A stretch of 63,902 nt of DNA from Phoronis australis (taxonomy: Eukaryota > Animalia > Phoronida), in NCBI GenBank assembly GCA_002633005.1, contig NMRA01000414.1, positions 248,099 through 312,000 on the forward strand, in the 5' to 3' direction. Every line of letters starts with the position of its first letter. Within the stretch, counting starts at the first letter, position 1. The position numbers and the translations under genes are program-made. The notes under the pieces were generated by a model, which was not told where the DNA came from, ran no database searches, and saw nothing but the letters and a program-made list of their open reading frames with translations. Below are positions 40,101 through 52,100 of the stretch, one piece after another.

Positions 40101-43100
40101 TTTAGTGTTGAAACTTTTGATGTCAAGCATCCAGACAGTGGGGCGTTTATTTGGAAAGCCCACTCAGCATCAACTTTTAGCCGCAAATTCAGTTTTGTGG
40201 AGCATTCATTAGGAACAAAGACGAACAAAGAGTTGGCGAACTATGTATTCATTAACTTAAAATTAAAAACAGTTTTATGCACAAAAAAACGCTGATATTT
40301 TCATACGAGCTGAGGCTATGACTTTCCGTTGACACGTCCTTTTTTCAGGCTTCTCGGTAAGACCAAATAAATGCCCGAGCATTTATTTGGTCTTACCGCC
40401 TGAAAATTTTTCATCTTCCGAATACACGCTGGGCTTACCTACAGAAAATCCCGGTATTTTATCCAACAATTCCGAAAATGCATCTTTCTGCCATAAATAC
40501 AACAATGTCACAATTGGCTTGGATTGTTTTTCAGGAGGACCATCCTGTACAGAAATGAGTTGCTCATGGTTGCCAACTTGCCCTAAAGGAACACGACTGG
40601 GACAAAGATTTGTGGAAGCTGGACGAAAATGCATGTGCTCGGAAAGCGGTTACAAATTTTGTTAAACTGAAAAAGCTGGACTGAAAATTTAACTGCCACC
40701 GCCTGTCTGCCAGTGAATTACTGTGCAGCAGACACCAAGTTGCTACCTGTGTAGCAGACGGCCAGTTGTATTCAACAAACTGTTGAAATAAACCAATCAA
40801 AAATGTCATTTTTAACTTAATCTTGAAAACAATAAAAGCTCATGACACTGAACAACAAAGCACTGAGAGTATCTCCCTACGAGGACTTGACAAAACAACA
40901 GATTTTAATTGAAAAAGCTCCGACAGACCTTTCCTAATATACAGAGGTTTCATTTTAATCCTACTATTTTCATCGAAGTTTCGCTTGCAGATTAACTACT
41001 GGCGTTAACCTTTCCCACTTACCGAAACTTCGCATCTAGTGGGAAAACAGGTCAAGAGACTACAGCGAAGTTTCTTCAAATTAGAACGCAACGTGGCAGA
41101 ACAATAAAATTTTACCTGATCAAAATTTTCAACAAGAATAAACAAGACAGTTTTGATTCATGATTTGAAAACTTTATATCCCGCTGTCGTCAACAAATAC
41201 ACATTTTTTAGTTTATTAAAATTGTATCGACTAGAATACACCATAATCTCAATACAAGGGTGTCTCAAAAACGTTCAAAAAAAATAATCTGTCATAAGGC
41301 TACCAATGGCAGATTTAGAGGGGGCCAAGGATGCCATGCCCCCCCCCACGTAAAACTCTTCCAGATTCCATTTGGCAGTTCGGGGGGTGCGAATGTATGA
41401 CAACGAAATTCTGGCTAATATTCTGCCCTGACCTCCCTAACTAAAAATCCTGGATCCACCCCTGCCTACCAAGTAAAGGTTTTTGTGGGAACTATTAATG
41501 TATTCCAATGTTCGCAAGTCATAGTAGCTAGCAACAGTTCCCCAGTCATCAGTCATTGCTCAACAAAGAAAACAAAAAATGTCCAGTTCTGGCACAAAAC
41601 ACAACCACTTGCACAGATCTAATGCAGATTTCAAAGATTTTTCAAAAAAATTACAAATGCACCACCTCAACATAACAGTTTGACAACTGTGTACAATTTG
41701 AAGAAAGATGTTGTTGCTGAAGTCCTCATTAAAGTGGTTGATCTGTGAAGCATGTGAAAGCAAGTGCTCTGTCTGTGAAACGTGAAAGCAACTGCTTGAT
41801 GTTTGAAACATGTGAAAGGTGAGAGAATCCATATGTAATCTTTGTGCAACTAGAGCCAACTGAGGATTCTTTTCCTTTAGTTTGCCACATACCGATATAT
41901 ATTTGGTACCAGGACGGATCCAGGATTTTGAGTTCGGGGGGAGGGGCAGGGCGCAGGAATAACCAGAGTTTCGCCACACGTTGGCCCCCAGCCTAAAATG
42001 TAGGGATGCAGGGGTCTCAAATTTATGGGTTTGTGGACCGTATTACTAAAGAAAAAAAACGGTAAACAGGGTTTGTTCAAGGCCTATGCATTGTGCTTTC
42101 GCCCCCCTACTGTGTGCACACATAGGCTACTCAGAAATTCGCACCCCGAACTCCCAAATGGTATCTGGGAGAATTTTAGGGGGGGGGCATGCCCCCCCTA
42201 AATCCGCCACTGGGTACACCCTGTATAAATATAACTACACAAAAAGTCAAATAAATGCATGATTAGTCTCACATTACAGCATCACGCAAGTCAAATGGTA
42301 GGAATCATAATAACTTGTAATATAAATCTTTATAGCATAATATACTGTGAAGAAACTTGGCAAATTCACCAAACAGTAGTTCACTGACATCATTAGTGAA
42401 ACTTAGAGAAGCAAATATTATCTGTACCATGCACGTACCCAGCCTAAAATAAATGGGGGAGCTCGAATTTTTGAGAATGTGGACCTTTTACTAAGATTCA
42501 TGGGATACGTTCAGAGCTAAGAATTTTGCATTTGCCGAATTTTGGTAGTTCCTGCTCTTCAGTGGACTTTTGCCTCGTTTTCTACTTTTTTTTTGGGAGT
42601 TCTTGTTTCTCTGAGGCAGACCTTTTGGCCCACTTTGTTCGAGGTACTACTGTACTACCATATCACTTGTTTTCCATTTTATTATTGACAGGCTCTAAAG
42701 TCTGGAGTTACCGAATGCACAGACCACTATTGATAACGCAGTCGAAAAATATGTAACATTCACCGACACAAACGTTCTGAAAGCTAGAATATAACAATTT
42801 TAATATCTCAGTTCTAGCAATTTCATGGCAGAATGTTAAAGTCAAATGCAAATTTACATTAGGTAATCAAAATTGGCGAGAAATTACTGTCAGTATTACC
42901 TGTTAATTATTCTGATTTATCTAAATTGTGTGAAAAATCCCCTTAATACATTCAGCTGATAACATAATCACATTTCATTACCATCCCCTCCATCATTTCA
43001 TATATAAAAAGGGCAAAACTGAGAAGTGATCAAGCCAGAATTACAGAGGAACCTTGAGGTAACAAAATGATTAGATGTGTGCTCGTTCTCAGCATCCTAG

Positions 43101-46100
43101 CTTCGGTACTGGTCCTGATTGAGACTCGGACAAGATCACCGCCAGTCAACTCACCAGTCTGTAGACCGGGAGATGCAGTGATTTTCGATGGATGCAATTA
43201 CTGCACGTGCAGAGGTAATACACAGTAAAATAAAATCTCTCCTTTTTCGATAAAAAAATTACAAAAATTACACTTTCTTTACTTTTTGAGGACTTCCAAC
43301 ACTGCCCTAAATGTTCACAATTTAACAACACTGGGTTCAATGGTAGCTGTGGTGCATAATTTGGTGCTACATATGCTGCATGAAAAAGGATAAAACATAA
43401 ATTTCACTTGTCAGCCATATTGTGACCTAACATTGAGAGATTTTACCATCTTTGGACTGTTCATAACCTCAGTCTATTGAAATGAGTATATGGCTTGATG
43501 GGGATGGAGTTTTTGTTAGACCATTCACGTTCAAAGCAAAATGATGTAAAGGAAAACTTATAGGAATGAAAAAAAAACAATTGCAGGCGGTCTGATACAA
43601 ATTGTACCAGACGTGCGCAGGCCTCGCATGTGGGCCCACTGCACTGATCACCTGAAATTATTTATTTATTAAATATATGGTTAAAACTTATGCTTTATTA
43701 AATATATGGTTAAAACCGAGCTGAGGAGCTAGAAACCTGGCTCAAGGGTTTAGTAGTGTGACCTGGTGGAACTCCAACCCACGACCTCGAGTAAAGAAAG
43801 CGGATACTTATCAACCAGGCTACACTGCCTCCTCTACAGGAATGACCTTGTACAGTATTTTTTCAAATCTTTGCCATTAACATTGCAAAATATCCATTTC
43901 CACCAAAATTTGAAATTTATAAAAGTCACATTCACGATCTCAATACATCAAAGAGTAGTACGTTGGACATTTTTAAATACCAATAAGTCACATTACCAAA
44001 TCTTCTCTGATTTAAAGTAAGAGAGGTATCTTCCAATTTTGAGGAAAAATACATTTTTTTCATATTCTCAGCTTGGGAAATTTTTAAAAATGAAATGTGT
44101 TCAGGGACACCTGAACCTTTATGTTTTGAAATTACAGTAAAAATTGAACGTAATTAAATAAAATTACAAAGCATTGTTTAGTTAGTCACCATAAATTCAC
44201 TATGAGTAACCTTTAATAAAAATGTGCGGTCTTACATGTGGCCTTAACATAGGAAGCTGGAGACAAAAAGCTTTACTTTGTATGCATCATTTACAGAGAG
44301 ACCACTCTGCACAAAAATAGCGTGCTTATGGTTGCCAAGGTGTCCACAAGGCTCCAGACCAGGTGACCAGTTGACCCAAGCTGGACAAGACTGCATCTGC
44401 TCAGCAAGTGGTTACAAAATTTGCTAAAATGTAAAAGTTGTCTTGAAACTTGAATTGTTGCTATCTCATACCTTGCAAATAAAGCCACTTCCAGCATTTG
44501 GTTCACTTATCCCTAAGTTGTTGGAATAAAATGATGAAAATAGCTGACTTTCGAAATTCAAATCTGCCAGACAGTGATCACTTCTTTGGTAGACAGGCCT
44601 TCAGCGCCACCTATGGATCCCATGTAATGCAGACAGTAGGTATAAATTAGTGGAATCAACAGTGCTTTAACATCTTTCCTGCTATTGTAATGGCGGAAAA
44701 TTTCCATAACTGGAGAGCGAGATTAACCAATGCCTTATAAAGAAGGCAAACCTTTTGAAATATCAATTGACGAGCAAGGACGTCCTATCCCATATATTTC
44801 TATCTATAAAGATGTACCTTCAACAAAGCCAGAGGCTGTCACTGGATAAAGCGGGAGACTAGGGCCATCTGGGTTACACTGCAGATAAGAAAGCGCACGA
44901 CCTCGTTTTAGAAATCAGCCACATTTTCGAGTCTCTCATTGATGTCAGGAAGGCAAAGAATTTCAGATCACGCAAAGGAGGGTATGCCCTAATGTCCATA
45001 TTTACGAGGAACTAAAAGGCTTTCAAAGTAAACAGTGCGAATTGTCTAACGAAAGCAACGACAACGAGGTTGACGACAACAAACTGGAGTGAGTACGGGT
45101 GCACCAGTGACGTGCAAAGAAACTGAGTGTTTGATCGATCCAGCAATACCACCATCTGCAGAATCGGTGCGATTTAAGCCTGAGCCTGCTGTGGCTGTTC
45201 ATACTGGTTGTGCTCCATGTTGAGCAGGTAATGAATCCAAGTGACTACCGTGGATTTTCAAAAATAGGCTCACCCAAAAGTACGTCCATGGGTGTATTTT
45301 CGGAAATTTTGCAAAAGTATGCTCATGGGTGTATTTTGGATTACTGTTTGCATGTTTTGAAAGTCTGATTTTGTAAAATTTCTCAACAAAAATGACTTTT
45401 GGGAAATTTTACTTTGCTTTTAGCACGGTTTGCATGGTGTAGCTATTACCAAACATTTGGTAAAATTCTGAATATTTCGAAAATGTGATAAGCCTCTGAA
45501 AAAATGAAATGTGGCAATTTTAGCAGTTATTTTTATCCCAAATTCAAGAATTTTACCACAGCTCTACAGGCCCTTTCATACTAACGTTGACGTGTCGAGG
45601 TTTTGAGGGAGTTGCAGTCAGTGTGAATGGTTAACTTTGGTCCTGGATCGAAGTTAATAGTGCCAGTTAACTTCGCAGTTAACAGATGGATTTACCAACA
45701 GAGCATCGATGCTGCAGTGTGGTATGAACGGTTAACTTCGGTCCCATCGAAGTTACTGCTAGTGGCCACTGTTATCGTCAACAACTAAAGGGCAGTGTTG
45801 TCGCTAATAGCTGCTTATATTTTGCTCTAATAATCACCAATAGAATTAGAAATAAGTTTTGTGTCAATTAACTCATGTAAAGGATCTGAAATTGTCACAT
45901 TAAAAAAAAATCTTAGCATACCTGATGAACCTTGTGATTACTTTGATGATGACAGCGACACCTACTATTTACTTCGATGTCTGTCAACTACCGAAGCCGG
46001 TATGAATGGTTCAGTTAAGTTCACAGTTTATGTCGACACTCTGCTCCTACCAGAGTTAAGTCAGTGTGAAAGGGCTTTACGAGCAGAAATGGGATAAGAG

Positions 46101-49100
46101 TATCTATGCAACATGATACCAGAGGGGCCAATGCTGCCAACAGTATGTATGCACGAATGAAGAATGACTTGCTAAAAGTTCAATTCTTCTTGCTACCGGT
46201 ATGCAATATTTGAACTACCACCTCCTAAAAAAGCACATTTAAGTCCCACACAGCACCCATGTCAAGCCCAGATCTGCAAACGTCAAACTCACATAAACCA
46301 TGTTGTGGGAATTCTTGCCGTATATTAAATACTTAACGAACTGCATTCGATCCTTGACTGTGCCATGTGTCATCAACAAAACCACAGGCCTCCACCCGAA
46401 AACACGGAACAAAAACGGGGTTTTAAAAATGGCAAAACATGGGACATTAAACTATAAAAATAAAGAATGATGCGAGTCATTGGTCAAATTTCATCATCAT
46501 TGATGCTAGCAACACGAATGAGTGTAACTTCGTCTCTACACCAGAACAAAACTGCGTTCATCTTGGACTTTTGAAACTTAAGTAGCAATGTCGTAACACA
46601 AGTTCGACACCTGGAAATGCATGCAGCAACTGAACACCTAATGAACTGTAGACTTTGCAGCAATTAATGGGAAATTTCTGGGTTAATAAGGAGAAAATTT
46701 ACCAATGTCATTGTCATTTGTTGACTCAGCCTAAAAATGAGATTGCTTTCAAATATTACAAAAATTTAGTTGCATTTACCTTTTAGAATAGCATATATTA
46801 TATCTAGATAGGAAATCAATTATAATAAAGTTCTGCCTTAATTTGTTTAAATAGGCTTAAGGGTACTTACAGTAATAGTTATATAATTGCACTGTAAGCA
46901 CTATTTAAGGATCTTCATTGATGGAAATGAACAGTCACAATGACCAACTATATGTGAAATAAAATGGCTGCCTTCACGTTGCTGGTGTTTTGTATTGTCC
47001 TACTGGTACCACCAGTGGTACAAAGTAAGGGCATTCCAAGGACTCCAGTTTGTCGTCCAGGGGACACGGTGATATTTGATGGGTGCAATCGCTGCCGTTG
47101 TTATCCAGGTAAGAGACCAACATCCTCAGTTTTCGCAATCCAACTGAATTACGATGTCTGTGATGATTAAGTCATATATCTGTAGGGTTTTTGCATACTA
47201 ACTGAACTCCTGTGTAACAGAAGCGGCGATGCTAAAATAAACATAGTGCTTATAGTAGCAGAATAGTGAGTATTCTAAGAAAATATGGAATAATACCACA
47301 ATGCGTGTTGTTATTAACAGTGACACTTGACCATAACTAGAACGACACCGAAGTTAACAATTCACAACACATCAAAGCATGATGTTCCCATCCACATGGT
47401 TGCTGGCGCTGTCGCCTTCGATTCAGAACCGAAATTAACCGTTCTTATCATATCGAAACGTCAATGCCCCCATCAACATGGTAAGTGCAGTTAACTTGCA
47501 CTGTCATCTCCGAGCCATTTCCGTCAATTGATTTTCAGTTCCTTTCCATGGATAAATACCAAAACACAATAAAAATATTTTAATCTTAATTTTAATTTTA
47601 ATATTCTACACCCTTAGCCATCTCCCAGTGTTACAAGAAATTTTATGCATTCACAACAATGTTAATGACCTTTGAAAAACGCAATAAGGTCAATTGAGGT
47701 AAATATTCTTGTTTGAAAAGGGTAAGATTTTACTATATGTTTCTAACCCAGTTTCTATTCTCAGAACAAACAGCAAATCAGACTATAATTAATTTTTCGT
47801 CTTATTTTAGATGGAGCAGCCTGCAACAGAAAAGCGTGTCCATGGTTGCCACGATGTCCCCAAGGGTCACAACCTGGTGACCTGTTACCCGAGTTTGGCC
47901 CCACTTGCGTCTGCTCAACCAGTTACTACCGAAGTTGTTAAACAGTGCTAAAAGCCGACAGTTATAAATCAACGTCATAGGAATTAAAAATACGGATTTT
48001 TAAAAGTCATACTAGGCAAAAAGTAATAAACTACGTAAATAAACTATATCTTACAAAGGAAAATAAATTCTTGGCGTTCGTAAAAACAAACTGCACGGTA
48101 TCACTTTCACTTAGCAAAACGACGACACATATGTTCAGAGGAAAATTATCTGCAGTTACTTTTATCATTGAAAAAACTGGAATAAAACTAAGAAATCACA
48201 GATGAAATTGGAAACTAATACTGGAAATAAAACTTACTAAAACGAGCGCCGTTGCGCCGTCTCTCACGGACTTCAGCTAGGGTATTGAAGTTGTTACCAT
48301 TCTGGCTAATAGGTGGTGTTTTAGCCAGACAGTACGGCATTGAGGTCAGGAGACTACCCCACACGTGCGACAGATTGAACCCTAAGCCACCTCGTTTATT
48401 CAAAGAGGGACTCTCGATGCGTTCATGCCTTAACGCCCCTTCTGAACTAATCTTCCTAATAGACTAGGATAGCCAAGATTAAGTCCGTGAGAGACGGATG
48501 CAACGTCGCTAATTTTAGTAAGTTTTATTTCAACTATTAGTTTAAAATTTCATCTGTGATTTCTTAACTGGATGTCTCAAAATCTCCATGCGCTTATAAC
48601 TAAGAAATAAAACAGAATACATTTGTTTCGTACAATTTATCAAAACTACATCCAAAATACAACCAACTTGTGGTGAACACTGGTAATTTGAAAATCAAAG
48701 ATCATTCATTAAGTTCTCCAGACTGAAAATAGACAGAATTATATAACTAGCTTTATTGCCTATTACCAAATCCAAGTAGAACCTATCAAAACAATTACAT
48801 ATGTTTGCACTACTGATATTCTCATGAAAGACACAAACTGTTCCAAACTCCCACAGTGCCCCCTTTTGAGTGACAAGTGACTCATCAATCACAAGGGAAG
48901 AGAACAGGTAGATATCACCAAGTATTGCAAGTCAAACATGGGATCACAATAGCTTCCTGCACAAAGTCCTTGCAGCTACAGAAATGAGTCATGATACCTA
49001 TTTCATATATGCATATATATCAAGCTGGTGTATTTTTTCAAGCAAGTACTAGTATAGGCACACACGCCCAAATTTCAACTGTAAGTGCATTTCACTTGTA

Positions 49101-52100
49101 CTGCTGCACCTTTAAAACTAGGTGTATTGCTTGATTTTTCATGTACTTAATACAAATTTCAAAACGTTTAAAAATTTACTGTGACACAATTACTGAATCT
49201 TCATCCATATTGCTAAGCTAACAAACGTGCTCCCTCGAAAGTTTTCTAAAGTCGTCAGTGAGCAATTAAACGAACGAGTCAATGCTCAGGGGGGCTGCCA
49301 GACACTTCATGAGCATGTGACAAAAACATTGACAGAATACAGACCAAGTACTGTTTGATGGAAACAAACAAGCAAGCCGTGAATATTTTAGGAGCTGAAA
49401 TTTCTTGTAGGTCACGTGCGGGTGGTTTGAAGGAACTAGACAGCAACCAGAACAGAAGAGCACAAGCCAAAGCGGGCCTAATAAGGGTAGGTGTATTACA
49501 GAACAAGGGATTGAAAATTTTGAAAACATTGGGGTGTTTGGGTAATACATGGGCAATGAACCATACAAATATACACAAGAGCACATGACCATGTCCGCTA
49601 AGTTTTGATAGTATGTTCAATTATTACCATGCAAAACATCAACTTGTGTTCAGACCAACAATATAACAGTACTTTAAATAGACTATTGGGTGAAAACCAA
49701 CTGAACAACCAAGCGCAGTGACTTGTTTTGACTCGTCACTGCGTCGAGTCTGAATTTTGCCACGAGGTTGAGCTAGGACACCACCGAAAATGCAAGCATA
49801 AAAAACATTCAACATCAGCATGATCTGGTAAATAAAATTGACAGCTTGAAAATCCTACCTCTATTAGAAAAAATATTAGCATAAGCTTGGGTCCTGTTTC
49901 GGAGAACCACCCCGAACATGTGGAGATGGCAGAAAGCAACAAATATATTCATTTGCCAGAGCAAAAAGGATGTCTCATATGGAAGAAGCTAGCACAACTC
50001 AATCAGTACCAATAACAGAACATGTAACATTCTCTTCCATTTTCCCTTATCTTTCTGGCATATACTGGTGTGAATCCAAAAATATCTCGAGTGCCTTCTA
50101 TATACATGCAACCCAGTCACTGAATATCTGTGTTAACAAACAAAACCAGCTAGGAATCTATAATAAAACAGATATCATGGTTTTATAAAAAAAATCAACT
50201 GTTTTTTCATTTAAATTTTATAATCGTAAGTCACGTTTATAGACTGAAATTTTACTGTCGTGTGTAAAAAATGGATAAAGCGTTTTTTACTTGTACTGTA
50301 ACAGTTGAGCACTACACAGTTTATGGATGATCACAGTGACCTGACTAATTTACAAAGGCCTACAAAATGATCAGTATAAATCAATCCAGGTCAGAACAGA
50401 AGGAACACTAACCATACCATATATATGGATAGACAAAACGGAAAAAATTCAATAGCGATTTTTCCTATGAAAGAACTAAAATAAAATCGAAAACATTACT
50501 TTGACTATGCATGACCAAAAAATAACAATCCAAGATAAGCGTTTTCATTTAAAATTTGACTAAAATATAACTTTTATACTCAAAGAAACAAAAAAAACAG
50601 AATATTTCACACCATGCCAGGACTGAATCATGTCCCAGTAAAAAGTTAACCAGCCACTAAAAGTGATGAGGTTGGTATAAGTTTACGCAAGGGCTTCGGC
50701 CAACAAATACAAATAACCTCTCTGCGCATTCTGTTGAAAAGTGGACAATTGCCCACTCTAACATTCGCCATGTTGCTCCAACCGAATGAAATATCACGAC
50801 TTTCGTGGTTAGACGTTCTTAAAAGGTGACTTTTTCAGGGACATTCCTGACCAGGTTTGAACCCGAGCCCTTTGGGCACACCTGACGATAAAAAAGTGCG
50901 TTTTTTCTAGACGTTGTGCTCAGCAGACTTAGCGTAATTAAAACAATAATAAAAATAAAATACAAATAAGTTTTGAAGGGGGTAACCAACCCATCCAACA
51001 TCATGCAGCTCAGTCAATTGACTCTCAGGTGATAACATACCTTTTCTTTTTAGAAAACAAAATATTGGTCTTGTACTGGCTACATCATTCAGTAAACCAT
51101 ATTCAACTTGACACATATGAGGAAATTGTAAGCTAGACGACACAAATCCATAATGTTCTTATTGAGTTATAGTCTTGTTTAAAGGCTGAAAACTCGTCCA
51201 TTATTTTCAAAATTTCAATTGATTAAATGCCCACCCTCAACTTACGTACATAATAGCGCAATCCCAAGGCACCTTACCATGTCTTTGTAAAAGTCCATTG
51301 CACGCTCAAAACATTCTGGTCATTAACCCCTCAAATGATAAGGGTATTTTAAACCAATTTGTGCTACCCTCAATAAACAAGCTTAAGTGGCAAGTATAAC
51401 TGAATTGAACCATTGATAAAATTATTACAATCCCTGTAATTCAACATATATGGATGGTGATCATACTTTATTTAGTACTATTGGTAATTTCTGAATTACT
51501 ATTTTCTCAAACTACGGCAGTCAATGGGGTAAAGCTTCTCTCAATAAGAGCAACATGAAAGCTGCTTTTTAACACACTTAGAGCAAATGGTACAACACCA
51601 TCACTTGCGTGAAATACATGCAAAAGGAGTCTATACTTTGCTCCAATAAAATTAAAATATATGGGGTTTTTAATAGGGAAGTCGGGTAATATTTATGTGT
51701 GAGACTTTCAGTAAGCCACAAGTCCTGACTAACCCCCAGTCTGCTCTGGCAGCTATGCTACTGGAAAAGAAGACAATACAAAACTGGTACAGTGATTCTT
51801 TACTTATATAGCACGAAGTATGGCTGACATGTGAAATTGTGTTTTGTAGTTTCTACACAAAACTAAAGATTAAGAACATTTAAGTCTATTACAAGCTTTG
51901 ATTGCAATGTGTGTGGATTTCACAAAACAACATTTGCTCAAGTTCCGAATATTTGCAATAAAGGTAATCCGCTACTGAAAAATGGAAAAAATTAACATTT
52001 TTCCAAATATTTTTGTGTGAAATATGTGGAGAGTGTTGCAAATATCCAAAAAATTTGGCAGCAGCAGTACAGAGTTTGAACATGAAATATCACTGATTTG

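Noticed and set aside
42684-42756. Possible fourth pacifastin exon (..GVTECTDHY*)
   Set aside because: Wrong phase, no WLPxCP module and no matching first exon found.
49266-49620. Overlapping 77-113 aa ORFs on both strands
   Set aside because: No recognisable domain, splice framework or paralogy.
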